A DNA stretch of 64,000 nucleotides from an uncultured Gammaproteobacteria bacterium (lineage in GTDB: Bacteria > Patescibacteriota > Microgenomatia > Levybacterales > UBA12049). The notes below the pieces were generated by a model. It was given only the letters and a program-made list of their open reading frames with translations, was not told where the DNA came from and did not search any database. A program made the position numbers and the translations under genes. Location of the stretch: positions 234,972 to 298,971 of the forward strand of contig CAZCCG010000002.1 in the NCBI GenBank assembly GCA_964497535.1, in the 5' to 3' direction. Positions 1 to 10,099 of this stretch are shown here, in pieces. Positions within the stretch are counted from its first letter, which is position 1. The number at the start of each line of letters is the position of its first letter.

Positions 1-1326
1 GACCCTCATCGATCGTTGTCCTCCCATATAATCAAAAAATTTACCTGAGAAAAACGGAAAACTATAACAAATAATTGCGATACAAATTAATCCGTATAAA
101 AAATATACCTTATAGATATCTTTTATTTTCAATCGCTGTAGAACATAATCAATCATAATCCCTATGAGTACTGCATATGAAAACCATAGTGCCGGAGCAA
201 ATTTATAAAAAGGTGTACGAAATGCCAAAAACCCTGGAATAAAATTAACCATAAGAATATAAAAGATCCCAAAGGGAGGATGCGAACCTCCAATAAAAAT
301 CATTGAAAAAAGTGCGAGAAACGCAAAAAACAATATAAGAGTCCGTTTTTGTTTATCTTTTATAAGATACAACGGTAGAAATGCTACTACCGGCAGCATA
401 TAGCTGACAAAAATCAAAAAGGGATTTTGAAGATAACTATTTGAATATGGATGACCCGGGTTGTTATACCATTCAGGAATACCTTGTAACCGGAATAGAT
501 TAATTAAAGAACTGTCTTGACTGATATAACTTAACCAACCCAGTACTCCTCCAATTCCTCCTGCTTGAGTTACTGCTTTTGCAAAGGAGGTTTTTACGAA
601 ATAAATCATGGGAATAATCCAGTATGAATTCAAAACCAGACTTAATATCCCAACAGTAATTCCCAGTTGAATGAGGCGTACTATTCTTTTGAAAGAGAAT
701 TCTTTTATGAGATAAAAGATTGCAAAACAAAAGAGAGAAACCAGAAGCCCTCCATAGAGAGGTAAACTTCCTCCGCCATTGAGCAAGAATATGGTTAGGG
801 AAATAAGAATCCCTGTCAATAACGTATTTTTTTTACTATCTTCCCAATCCATTAAAAATGCGAAGATAAGCGGTACGGCTGCATAGAGAGAAAATTTGGT
901 GCGTTCAGCAATAAACCATCCCTGGAGAAGAAAATGATTAAACATAAAAAGGATTGACGCAGGCAAAGCAAAGTATTTTAACTCGAATCTTTTCTCCAAT
1001 TTGGAAGCAAAATAATACATGGCAAGCCCCGGCAAGAGGAACCAGAAAACGAATGTGATTTTTTGCTCGAGCTGAAGCGAAGCTCCAAAAGATGATACAA
1101 GAGCTTCAAGACCATGAATGGGAACTACCGGAAGAAAGATTGATTGATCTGTACCAAATCCCAGGCGGTCTGTCCAGGCAAGAATCCTGTCTTGAAAATG
1201 GGTGATTGGATCAAGTGGTAAACCAGTATCATGCCCTTGGATTACATAATTACCGTTAAACCACAACAGTGGAGTCAAGCCGATCAAGCAAATAATAATA
1301 AGTTCCACTACTTTACGCTTGTTCAT
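1..1326 (-). CDS. Multi-TM GT-C glycosyltransferase, AftD/DUF3367-like (3' end runs off window)
   Basis: Not in the ORF track because it has no stop in the window. Manual translation from ATG at 1326 gives MNKRKVVELIII...GHDTGLPLDP...FRTPFYKF..., open to base 1. Many TM helices and an acidic first loop typical of GT-C. Confidence 0.75.
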   Translation of the reverse strand, partial: MNKRKVVELIIICLIGLTPLLWFNGNYVIQGHDTGLPLDPITHFQDRILAWTDRLGFGTDQSIFLPVVPIHGLEALVSSFGASLQLEQKITFVFWFLLPGLAMYYFASKLEKRFELKYFALPASILFMFNHFLLQGWFIAERTKFSLYAAVPLIFAFLMDWEDSKKNTLLTGILISLTIFLLNGGGSLPLYGGLLVSLFCFAIFYLIKEFSFKRIVRLIQLGITVGILSLVLNSYWIIPMIYFVKTSFAKAVTQAGGIGGVLGWLSYISQDSSLINLFRLQGIPEWYNNPGHPYSNSYLQNPFLIFVSYMLPVVAFLPLYLIKDKQKRTLILFFAFLALFSMIFIGGSHPPFGIFYILMVNFIPGFLAFRTPFYKFAPALWFSYAVLIGIMIDYVLQRLKIKDIYKVYFLYGLICIAIICYSFPFFSGKFFDYMGGQRSMRV

Positions 1327-1383
1327 ATTCCTATAGTACTCATGCAATTATAGCAGGTTCTTTTTTCATAATATATTATTGTT

Positions 1384-3600
1384 TTAAAGGTAAGCCATTG
1401 TTTGAATAACCTTTTCAATCACCGAATTGTAATCTTCCGTACCATCCTCATTCATTTTTCGCTCAAAACCAGGCCCGGTGGCATAGATCTCAAGCGTTTT
1501 GTCATTTGTCTTATATCCTAAAAAATACATAGGATATTTACTGTTAGTTACATATACGGCGGTTTGGACATCGCTGTTGAACTGGGTAACAATACGAAAT
1601 GTAAAATGTTCCTCAATTGGGATATCTTCTGTATTGGATAACCCCGATGCAAATGTTGATACACCCATATTGTCAATCTTTTTATACAAAATTACATGTA
1701 TTTGGGTATCGTTATCGGGATCTGCTATGGTAACAGTTCGAATAACGGGACTATCTGGCCCTTGATCCAGATCCTGTTTTATCACCATATCAGGCGGGAA
1801 ACGGAAAGAAAAACCATATTTAGCATCTTTATAACTCTTCCATTTATTCATTTCTTGTAAAGTACCTAACCGGTCATATGCTTTTTTCCTGATCAGGTCT
1901 GTTACTTCGGTAATTTGATTCTTATTTCCATCCCAGGCAAATGCATAGACATCTGATGGATCTATTTTATGAGCCAAAATTTGATCCATCAGATGCCGCT
2001 CATCCAGATAATATCCAAATCCTTTCATACCGATTTGCTTATATCCTTCACCGGCAATCCCGCCTTTTGTTAAGTAGTTACTTGTAATGAATGCTAAAGA
2101 AAGCTGTTTTTTTTGATAATAAATAATAGTTAATATCTGCCCTAAATTTGTTTGGAATGGCGGAATAGGAGGAAAACCGTAGTAACCGAAGTTACTATTT
2201 ATATAAACGATTTTTTTATTTTGAGTCAAAGGCACCGTTTGTGTAATTTTATCAATAACAGTCCTGCGTTGATATCCTGTTATTGCTTCCGCAGTAAGCT
2301 CTTTTTGCAGGGTTATATAATTCAAAATAATCCAACTGACCACAAACAATATCAAGATAGCTTTCTCAGAAATCGGAATCAATCGGGATACCTTCTTTGA
2401 TGCCCACTGGCTGAAAGTAATACTTGCTAACGCCAGAAGAAGAACTCCCCCTACTGAGGCTTGATGAATATGACGTGAATCTATATAGGTAACATACCCC
2501 CATGAAGGTATAACAAATGCAATGGGGATTAATACTAAGGATGAAAGAATAATGATAAGAAATGAGAATAAGATTGTGATTCTTGTTTCTCTTCTTGAAT
2601 GAATATAAGCAACGATTGATACAACAATTATTATCGCTGCTAAGGAATAAATTATAGTATCGCTCCCTGCAGTTTGAGTAAATGTCAAATAATTAATACC
2701 TCCGATAGCTTTTTCTGCAGTATATTGTGGATATGCAAGGGTAGTAATGCTTTCCACAAAACCCAGTATCCAAGGGCCGGGAATAAAAACTTCAGTTACC
2801 ATTTTCAACGGATATGTAACTGCTCGAAATAGCAAAATATCCCAAGATAAAAGATGAAATGAAGCTGAATTATTTGTAGTTCCACTTACTAACAGGAATA
2901 TCTTTGGTAATAAAAAACGATAGGGAAGATATATGATAACGACCGGTAGATAATATTTGATGATTGAGATAAATTTTGTTTTTTTTATCTTAAGTATTGT
3001 AAGTATAGGAATAATAACAAACAAAATTGCTGTTGATTCTTTTGTTAAAAGTCCACAGAACATAAAGATTGCCGAATAAATCAGATTTCTTTTTTGTATC
3101 TCCTTTTCTTCAAATGCTTTGAAAAAATGTATAAGACAGAGAAGCAGGAATGCAAGAGATAACCCATTATATATATATGTCATTGCCCAGGTAATTGCTT
3201 GCTGGTGGACAAATGAACAGGCAAAAAAGATAGCGGATATAACTGCAACCTTCTCATTATTTCGGACTATTTTTTTAGCAAAAACGTATACGAGAATTGT
3301 ATCCAACATGTGAAGAATTAATCCACTAAGCGCATACAGCCAATAGGTAAAAGAGAAAGATTGAACGCTGAGAAAAAATAAGAGATTCGTTATGGGGGTA
3401 AGATGAGCACCTGCAGATATTGTATATGAATCTGCAACACTTTTGTACAAAATGATTAAGGGACCAAACCATGTATTAGTATAAGGTAAGGTTTGAATAA
3501 AGTAGTACCATTCATCTCCTTGGAAGTAGAGAACAAAGCTTCTCCAATAAAAAATAAGAATAAGAACTAGTAAGGCCAAAAAAAAATGAGGCTTTTTCAT
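1384..3600 (-). CDS. GT-C membrane glycosyltransferase with C-terminal PsbP-like extracytoplasmic domain
   Basis: FQGDEW after TM1, about 11 TM helices, GLLTKES motif. C-terminal domain starts WKSYKDAKYGFSFRFPPD. Confidence 0.7.
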   Translation of the reverse strand: MKKPHFFLALLVLILIFYWRSFVLYFQGDEWYYFIQTLPYTNTWFGPLIILYKSVADSYTISAGAHLTPITNLLFFLSVQSFSFTYWLYALSGLILHMLDTILVYVFAKKIVRNNEKVAVISAIFFACSFVHQQAITWAMTYIYNGLSLAFLLLCLIHFFKAFEEKEIQKRNLIYSAIFMFCGLLTKESTAILFVIIPILTILKIKKTKFISIIKYYLPVVIIYLPYRFLLPKIFLLVSGTTNNSASFHLLSWDILLFRAVTYPLKMVTEVFIPGPWILGFVESITTLAYPQYTAEKAIGGINYLTFTQTAGSDTIIYSLAAIIIVVSIVAYIHSRRETRITILFSFLIIILSSLVLIPIAFVIPSWGYVTYIDSRHIHQASVGGVLLLALASITFSQWASKKVSRLIPISEKAILILFVVSWIILNYITLQKELTAEAITGYQRRTVIDKITQTVPLTQNKKIVYINSNFGYYGFPPIPPFQTNLGQILTIIYYQKKQLSLAFITSNYLTKGGIAGEGYKQIGMKGFGYYLDERHLMDQILAHKIDPSDVYAFAWDGNKNQITEVTDLIRKKAYDRLGTLQEMNKWKSYKDAKYGFSFRFPPDMVIKQDLDQGPDSPVIRTVTIADPDNDTQIHVILYKKIDNMGVSTFASGLSNTEDIPIEEHFTFRIVTQFNSDVQTAVYVTNSKYPMYFLGYKTNDKTLEIYATGPGFERKMNEDGTEDYNSVIEKVIQTMAYL

Positions 3601-4625
3601 TCTTTGTATCTATCTAAATGTCCCGTAAATAGATAATAGTAGTAGGAAAGTCGAACATGCCATGTAAGCTTGGGTAAAAATTCAGAATCAGGAATTTTTC
3701 TCATCGTAGTTTGTATTACTTTTCTTTTTGCCAGTGTTTCATTCAAGTGGATAATATTCCAGAATATTGCTTTTTGGATCCCCCATGACTCATTAAATTT
3801 AAACTTCGCCAAATATCCGAAGCTCGTAACTTCACAAAATATGAGATGTAGAGGTAAAACTGTCAAAATATTTTGTACTTCAAAGTTTTTTATATACGTA
3901 GCTATTCTATTTTTGAATGAGTTATATTGAATCCAGGCATAATTGATTCTTTTGGAAGTCCTTCCTCCTTTATGATAAATAGCTGTAGATGGCTCACACA
4001 ATACTTTATATCCACTCAGCCATACTCTATGACAAAGATCAGTTTCTTCAAAATATGCGAAATAATCTTTGTCAAAAATTCCAAGTTTTCCCACTTTTTT
4101 AATAACTTCCTTTTTGAAAAGCATACATGCCCCTTTCATAGAAAAAATTTCCTGTTTTTTGTTGAATTGTTTTTGATCTTTCTGATCATGACCATAATGA
4201 TAGAGAAATCCGCTGTTAAGGAAAAAAGATCCTACTGAATCAATTTTTTCTTTTTGAGGATATTGCAATATTTTCGGCATAACTGCACCTATAGTTGAAG
4301 AACTATAAAGTGTTTTTATAAGAATATCTATTACGTTTTTTTCGACTAATGTATCGTTACTGAGGAATAATATAGCATCACCTTTTGCTTGTAAAAACCC
4401 AACATCATTTCCTTCAGCAAATCCTAAATTCTCTTTATTTATAACAATTCTTGCAGAAGGATAATTTTTCTTAACGTATTCTACTGAATCATCTTTCGAT
4501 GCATTATCTACTACAATTACTTCTTTATTCTTGTAGGTAGTTTTATATACGGATTTCAAGCAATCTTCCAGGAGTTCTTTTCCGTTCCAGTTAACAATAA
4601 TAACGGATACAAGAGGATTAACCAT
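3597..4625 (-). CDS. GT2 glycosyltransferase (WbbL/rhamnosyltransferase-like)
   Basis: VSVIIVNWN, VVDNASKD, NLGFAEGN, YFEETDLC. Start moved to the ATG at 4625, which overlaps the upstream stop. Confidence 0.9.
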   Translation of the reverse strand: MVNPLVSVIIVNWNGKELLEDCLKSVYKTTYKNKEVIVVDNASKDDSVEYVKKNYPSARIVINKENLGFAEGNDVGFLQAKGDAILFLSNDTLVEKNVIDILIKTLYSSSTIGAVMPKILQYPQKEKIDSVGSFFLNSGFLYHYGHDQKDQKQFNKKQEIFSMKGACMLFKKEVIKKVGKLGIFDKDYFAYFEETDLCHRVWLSGYKVLCEPSTAIYHKGGRTSKRINYAWIQYNSFKNRIATYIKNFEVQNILTVLPLHLIFCEVTSFGYLAKFKFNESWGIQKAIFWNIIHLNETLAKRKVIQTTMRKIPDSEFLPKLTWHVRLSYYYYLFTGHLDRYKE

Positions 4626-5949
4626 GTTTTTGGATATATTTGTCAAAAATTGAGGTTACATATTCAATATGTTTGTCTGTTAATCCTGGATATACTCCAA
4701 TAAAAAATGTGTTGGTAAAGGATAAATTTGAATTTGCCAGATCACCAATTTGTCTATGAGCTATATTTTTATATCCGGGTTGTCGCAAAATATTCCCTGC
4801 AAATATTGGTCTTGTTTGTATCATATGCTCTTCTAAAAATTGTGTTATTGCAAATCTATCAAAAGGGGCATCTGGACGAATCGTCATAGGGAAAGCAAAC
4901 CAACTGGGATCTGATTTTGGCATAGCCTCGGGTAAAATAAAATATTTTTCATACTTTTTGAAGAATTTCTTATAATGAGCAAAATTTTTCTTTCTTGCTA
5001 TAACAAACTCCGGAAGTCTTTTGATTTGGACCAAACCCATTGCTGCCTGTATTTCAACCGGTTTTATATTATAGCCAATATGTGAAAATATATATTTATG
5101 GTCATAGGGAATCCCATCGATATTATAGTTAAATCGGACACCGCAAACTCCATTTGTCCCTCCTCCTGAAGCTCCACACCAACAGGATCTTCCCCATTCC
5201 CTAATTGATTGGACAATTCTTTTCAGCCTTAAATTGTTGATAAAAACTGCTCCCCCTTCTCCAGCTGTAGTCATATGATGAGCGGGATAAAATGACTCTG
5301 CTGATAAAATTCCGAAAGATCCTGTCTTTTTCCCATTGTAGGTTGATCCTAATGCGTCACAGTTATCTTCCAAAACCAAAAGATTATTCCTATTTGCGAT
5401 TTCCATTATCGGATCCATGTCATTGGGATTACCCAACGTATGAACCAAAAAAATCATTTTTGTTTTTTTACCAATTGCTTTTTCTATATCTTCAGCTTTA
5501 GGATTCAAGGTATGCAGGTCTACATCTACAAAAACAGGCTTTAGTCCATTATGGACTAAGGCTGCAACAACGGCCGGAAACGTACAAGCTGGGGTTATTA
5601 CTTCGTCTCCTGGATTCAAATGCTCGGTAAACTGATACGACATTAAAGAAGCAACAGCTAATAAATCTGCAGAAGATCCAGAGTTGGTCAGATAAGCATG
5701 TTTTGCCCCCATATACTCGGCAAGTTCTTTTTCTAACTGTTCTCCCGCTTCACCCAAACCAAACCACCCCTTCAACATTACATCAACCATTGAGTTAAGT
5801 TCTTCACTTCCATAAACTGCTCCAGCATATCGTACCAAGCTTTTTCCGGGAATAAATTCTGGTTGGTCGATAGCCATATATTGCGAAATGGCTTTGTGGA
5901 TGGATTTAACCAGCGTATCTTTCTTTAAAGAAGAGTTCATAATAAACAT
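4618..5949 (-). CDS. rfbH: CDP-6-deoxy-D-xylo-4-hexulose 3-dehydrase (E1, PMP/[2Fe-2S])
   Basis: DegT fold with SFYPAHHMT (His in place of the PLP Lys), EDNCDALG, WGRSCWC..CG Cys cluster, YDHKYIFSHIGYN. Confidence 0.88.
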   Translation of the reverse strand: MFIMNSSLKKDTLVKSIHKAISQYMAIDQPEFIPGKSLVRYAGAVYGSEELNSMVDVMLKGWFGLGEAGEQLEKELAEYMGAKHAYLTNSGSSADLLAVASLMSYQFTEHLNPGDEVITPACTFPAVVAALVHNGLKPVFVDVDLHTLNPKAEDIEKAIGKKTKMIFLVHTLGNPNDMDPIMEIANRNNLLVLEDNCDALGSTYNGKKTGSFGILSAESFYPAHHMTTAGEGGAVFINNLRLKRIVQSIREWGRSCWCGASGGGTNGVCGVRFNYNIDGIPYDHKYIFSHIGYNIKPVEIQAAMGLVQIKRLPEFVIARKKNFAHYKKFFKKYEKYFILPEAMPKSDPSWFAFPMTIRPDAPFDRFAITQFLEEHMIQTRPIFAGNILRQPGYKNIAHRQIGDLANSNLSFTNTFFIGVYPGLTDKHIEYVTSIFDKYIQKHG

Positions 5950-6033
5950 TTGTTATTGTACACCATTCCCTATATGTTGTAAATAATATGTTGAGGTTGT
6001 TGTTTGCGGTAGCTGAATTCTTGAGTTATAATA

Positions 6034-6993
6034 ATGTTAGATATGGCAAAGAAAAACTACATGGTGACTGGTGGACTTGGTCTTATTGGCTCAGCAATTG
6101 TTAATTCACTAACCGATCCAACCACTATCGTAACACGTTCAACCCGCAGAATGGACCGGTTAAAAAGAAAAGATGTAAAAATTATTGTAAAAAATATTAA
6201 TGATCTGACTCTTGAAGATCTAAAAGGTATTGATATTATTTACCACTGTGCAAGTAAACCCACAAATTATAATGTTCTTTCAGATCCATATATAGATATA
6301 CAAACAGATTTGGTTGGTACTGTACATATTTTAGAATTATGCAAGAACCTGAAAAAAAAACCACTTTTCATTTATTTTTCGACCTTCTTCGTATATGGAC
6401 ATACCTATGATAATACAAAAACTCCTATTAATGAGGAAAGTAAGACTGACCCACTTGCAATTTATCCTGCAACCAAACTCTGTGCGGAAAGCATCGTAAG
6501 ACTCTATGGAAAACTTCATCAAATGCCATATCTTATTTGTCGATTAACCAATGTATATGGAGAGCTTGAAGATTACAATAATAGTCAAAAAGGCGCATTA
6601 AACCTTCTGATTATGAAAGCAATCAAAGGTGAAGAATTAAAGATATATAATAATGGCAATTTCTATAGAGATTATATTCACGTTGATGATGTTGTCTCAG
6701 CCGTACGTTTTCTTGAAGAAAAACAACAATATGATACTCTCTATTTAATTGGGTATGGAAAACCGATCTTATTTAGTGAACTTATTCATACCATTAAAGA
6801 GCTAACTCATACTACTTCCGAAATCCATGCTGTAGAACCTCCTCCTTTTCATAAAGTTGTTGGTATGAACAATTTTGTCGCAGATACATCGAAGATTAAT
6901 AGATTGGGTTGGAAACCTAAGGTTACTCCAAAGGAAGGGATAGAAAAAATAGTAAAACAATATAAAGATCTTCTTACAAAAGATGTTGAATAA
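6034..6993 (+). CDS. NAD-dependent epimerase/dehydratase/reductase (extended SDR)
   Basis: VTGGLGLIG Rossmann motif, YPATK (YxxxK), RLTNVYG, RDYIHVDD. Start may be 6043. Confidence 0.88.
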   Translation: MLDMAKKNYMVTGGLGLIGSAIVNSLTDPTTIVTRSTRRMDRLKRKDVKIIVKNINDLTLEDLKGIDIIYHCASKPTNYNVLSDPYIDIQTDLVGTVHILELCKNLKKKPLFIYFSTFFVYGHTYDNTKTPINEESKTDPLAIYPATKLCAESIVRLYGKLHQMPYLICRLTNVYGELEDYNNSQKGALNLLIMKAIKGEELKIYNNGNFYRDYIHVDDVVSAVRFLEEKQQYDTLYLIGYGKPILFSELIHTIKELTHTTSEIHAVEPPPFHKVVGMNNFVADTSKINRLGWKPKVTPKEGIEKIVKQYKDLLTKDVE

Positions 6994-8011
6994 GCCGATG
7001 ATAGGTATCCGGTTTTAAATAGGACTTAGCCTGATTAGCCGACCTTTCCAGCACTACTTTTCTGATTTCTTTTATAATAGGCCTGGGTAAAATTACTAAG
7101 CCAGTATATACGTAAAACATTGGATTGAATAACAACCTCTTATCGAGTGACACCATGCTCCATGCAACATGATAAGCATTTTCTATCGAAGTGAAATAAC
7201 GGATGTTGGTAATAAAAAACAAATTAGTAGTCAGATACTTTAATCTGAACTCTTCAAATGATGTTTTGTTTCTTATTTCTTTGTACGCTAACTCAATGAA
7301 ATCCCTCATGAAAAAACTCCCGTGTTTTTTGATATCAAAGTAAACAGGAAGCATTTCGAAACTCAGCCTTGCGATAATATATAAATCCGGGATATAGACG
7401 CACCCTTTTTTCTGGATGACATCAAAAAGTACAGGAAAATAAACAAACCCCATATGGTTTATCAGTTTTTTCGTATCTACAAATTCTTTTCTGAAAGTTA
7501 TTCCGGAAAAAAACCCAAAGTTAAAATCAAGCATGTCTAACAACACATTATGAGAAGCGCTGGGTTTGCGGGTTGTAACTTTTGTGAAATGTATAAATGA
7601 TTTCACTAGTGTATGTATATCGGTATCATAAGAGAATCCGCCAATTTTTCCTATTCCTACTCTTGTCTCATCCATAATTGTTTTAATTTTCTCAAATGTA
7701 TCGTCATATAAGATAAAATCATCATCTCCCAACGTGAAAACATAGGTTCCTTTCGCCACTTCAAATCCTTTAATTACTTTCAATGGATACCCCAAGTTTT
7801 TCTCGCTTTTATAATAACGAATATTTTTATTTTTGAATTTTTTTGTCAGGATTTCTATTGCATCAGTCTTTGTGTCATCCACAATGATAATTTCATAGGA
7901 TACGTTCTTCTGCGCGAGTACTGATTTTATTGCAATTCCTAAGTATTCCGGACGATAAGCAGGTATTATAACGCTAAAATCGACTCTTGAATCTCTTTCT
8001 TGTTTATTCAT
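6974..8011 (-). CDS. GT2 glycosyltransferase
   Basis: FSVIIPAY, IIVDD, LGDDD DxD motif. Confidence 0.88.
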   Translation of the reverse strand: MNKQERDSRVDFSVIIPAYRPEYLGIAIKSVLAQKNVSYEIIIVDDTKTDAIEILTKKFKNKNIRYYKSEKNLGYPLKVIKGFEVAKGTYVFTLGDDDFILYDDTFEKIKTIMDETRVGIGKIGGFSYDTDIHTLVKSFIHFTKVTTRKPSASHNVLLDMLDFNFGFFSGITFRKEFVDTKKLINHMGFVYFPVLFDVIQKKGCVYIPDLYIIARLSFEMLPVYFDIKKHGSFFMRDFIELAYKEIRNKTSFEEFRLKYLTTNLFFITNIRYFTSIENAYHVAWSMVSLDKRLLFNPMFYVYTGLVILPRPIIKEIRKVVLERSANQAKSYLKPDTYHRLIQHLL

Positions 8012-9146
8012 ATACGTCTAACTGCTTTAGATAATTTGAAAGTAATTCAGACATGTTATATTCATTTGCAAGTGCTATAGCGTGTTCTCTCATTTTCTGA
8101 TATTTGCCAGGATTATCTAAAACCATTAATAATTTTTCATATATATCCTTTTCGCTTAGGTCAACCTTCACTCCTGCATTTTTTTTCTCAAGTTCGTCTC
8201 CGATTCCGCTATTGCCTGAAATAAAAGCTGGTAAACCGGAAGCTAAATAATCTCTAACTTTCATAGGATCACTGAAATATCGAAAATGGGTTTTATCGGA
8301 ATTCTCATAAAATGCTATACCGATTGCACAACGAGTTATTAATTTAAACATATCATTATGTGATAATACTCCAACAAATTGAATTGTATTCTCCAACTTT
8401 TTTTCTTTTACATATTCTTTGAGAGTTCCTTCCAAACTACCGGTTCCAATAAGAACTAATGTTACATCTGGCAGTTTTTGTTTTAATTTTGCAACAACAT
8501 CGAACAATAACTCGAAAGCTATTCCTTTTTCCAACGCAGACACCAAGACTAATGAATGCTTTTGTATTTTACCGTAGGGGAACCGTTTTACTTCGTCAAA
8601 AAATGGCGCATTAGGAAGCAGTAAATTTCTTCCATTGTCTAAACCATTTTCTTTTCTATATAATTGTATTCTCTTTGATACACTCCAGGTTTGGTTAGAA
8701 TCCAACATTGCTTTCTTATCCAACCATAAATAAAAATTATTTAACATACTATTGGGAAACCGCAGGAGAGCAAAATCAGCGCTAAAGTAAATAGTTTTTC
8801 CCACAATTCCTATAGTTTTCAAGACATTTCCAGCAAATTCATTTAATGGATCGACACCGATAAAAAGCTGACATCTTTTGGCTTTTGATACTACAATCCA
8901 ACTGGTAATAAGAAACTCGTAAAAATATTGTAGAAAGACTAACCCTGCAATATTTTTTATATTTTCTGTCTTTGTTTTCTTACCATTCTTATAATACTCG
9001 ACAACTGAAGGACCAGTTCCATACAAGTTATGTTTGATAAATATATGTGTTATTTTCTTTTTGTTGAGAAAGAGAGATACAGCGTGAGGAGGTCCATAAA
9101 TATCTTTCCCATGGAGAAAAACCGCATGTGTAACAATTACTATCAT
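8004..9146 (-). CDS. GT4 (GT-B) glycosyltransferase
   Basis: IGTGSLE and PMKVRDYLASGLP C-terminal GT4 motif. Start at 9146 by TAATG coupling. Confidence 0.85.
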   Translation of the reverse strand: MIVIVTHAVFLHGKDIYGPPHAVSLFLNKKKITHIFIKHNLYGTGPSVVEYYKNGKKTKTENIKNIAGLVFLQYFYEFLITSWIVVSKAKRCQLFIGVDPLNEFAGNVLKTIGIVGKTIYFSADFALLRFPNSMLNNFYLWLDKKAMLDSNQTWSVSKRIQLYRKENGLDNGRNLLLPNAPFFDEVKRFPYGKIQKHSLVLVSALEKGIAFELLFDVVAKLKQKLPDVTLVLIGTGSLEGTLKEYVKEKKLENTIQFVGVLSHNDMFKLITRCAIGIAFYENSDKTHFRYFSDPMKVRDYLASGLPAFISGNSGIGDELEKKNAGVKVDLSEKDIYEKLLMVLDNPGKYQKMREHAIALANEYNMSELLSNYLKQLDVYE

Positions 9147-10072
9147 TAAATCTCCTTCCATGCCGTATCAGAAAGAGGATGCATTTTAAAATGAATAAGC
9201 CCCTTTTGTACTTCTAATGGAATAATCTTTAATACTTGTTCCATTTTTGTTGTTACAAAACACGTGTTTTTAGGACGGGGAACAAAATTTTTGAAAAAAT
9301 CCAAAGTAACAGGATATAACATAGTACTATCTAATCCGAAAATCTCAGCGATATGTTTTGAAAAATCATATCTACTCATACATTCTTTTCCCGCAATATT
9401 AAAAGTTTCATCAATTTTTTCAAGCTCTATTGCTTTCCAGATGCTTTGTGCTGCCGACTCAACAGATAAGAAATTATTATACATATCGGTAACCATATTC
9501 ACGGGTGTTTTATTTTTCCCCATTATTTCCAAAAGCCACGTAAGAGGATTTTGCCGCTCATTCGGATTATTCCACCCATACATGGTAATAAGTCGAATAA
9601 CAATGTATGAAATTCCTGCGGACTTTGTCATCTTCTCTCCCTCATATTTGGTATATCCATAATAGTCAATTGGTCTTGGCTCTGCTTGTTCATCATAGGG
9701 AGCGTGCTCTCCATCATATATGCCATTGGTGGTGATATAGACCAGAGAACTTCCATATTTTTTACAGGCTTCGATAATGTTTTTTGTTCCGGTAATATTT
9801 ACTGCCTGCGCTTCATCTTTGTGTTTGTCACAATAATCGGGAGTTGCAATTGCCGCAGTATGGATAACAATATGGGGCTTAAATTCCGCAATAGCTTTTT
9901 CAACCATTGACTGATTTGTTATATCTACATGAAAGTACCTACAATCAACGTTTGGAACCAAATTGTTCTTATTATAAGAGGCGGCAAGCGTCACTCCTTG
10001 TGGAGCACTTCGTAAAAGTGTACTTCCTAATAACCCTGTAGATCCTGTTATAAATACTTTCATTGCAGACAT
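9146..10072 (-). CDS. rmlD: dTDP-4-dehydrorhamnose reductase-like SDR
   Basis: ITGSTGLLG, HTAAIATPDYC, YGYTKYEGE, SRYDF, RPKN. Confidence 0.75.
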   Translation of the reverse strand: MSAMKVFITGSTGLLGSTLLRSAPQGVTLAASYNKNNLVPNVDCRYFHVDITNQSMVEKAIAEFKPHIVIHTAAIATPDYCDKHKDEAQAVNITGTKNIIEACKKYGSSLVYITTNGIYDGEHAPYDEQAEPRPIDYYGYTKYEGEKMTKSAGISYIVIRLITMYGWNNPNERQNPLTWLLEIMGKNKTPVNMVTDMYNNFLSVESAAQSIWKAIELEKIDETFNIAGKECMSRYDFSKHIAEIFGLDSTMLYPVTLDFFKNFVPRPKNTCFVTTKMEQVLKIIPLEVQKGLIHFKMHPLSDTAWKEI

Positions 10073-10099
10073 GCCTCTTATTGTAGCATATGGATTTTA

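Noticed and set aside
500-730. 76-aa ORF in the track
   Set aside because: Out-of-frame shadow inside the longer minus-strand gene 1-1326.
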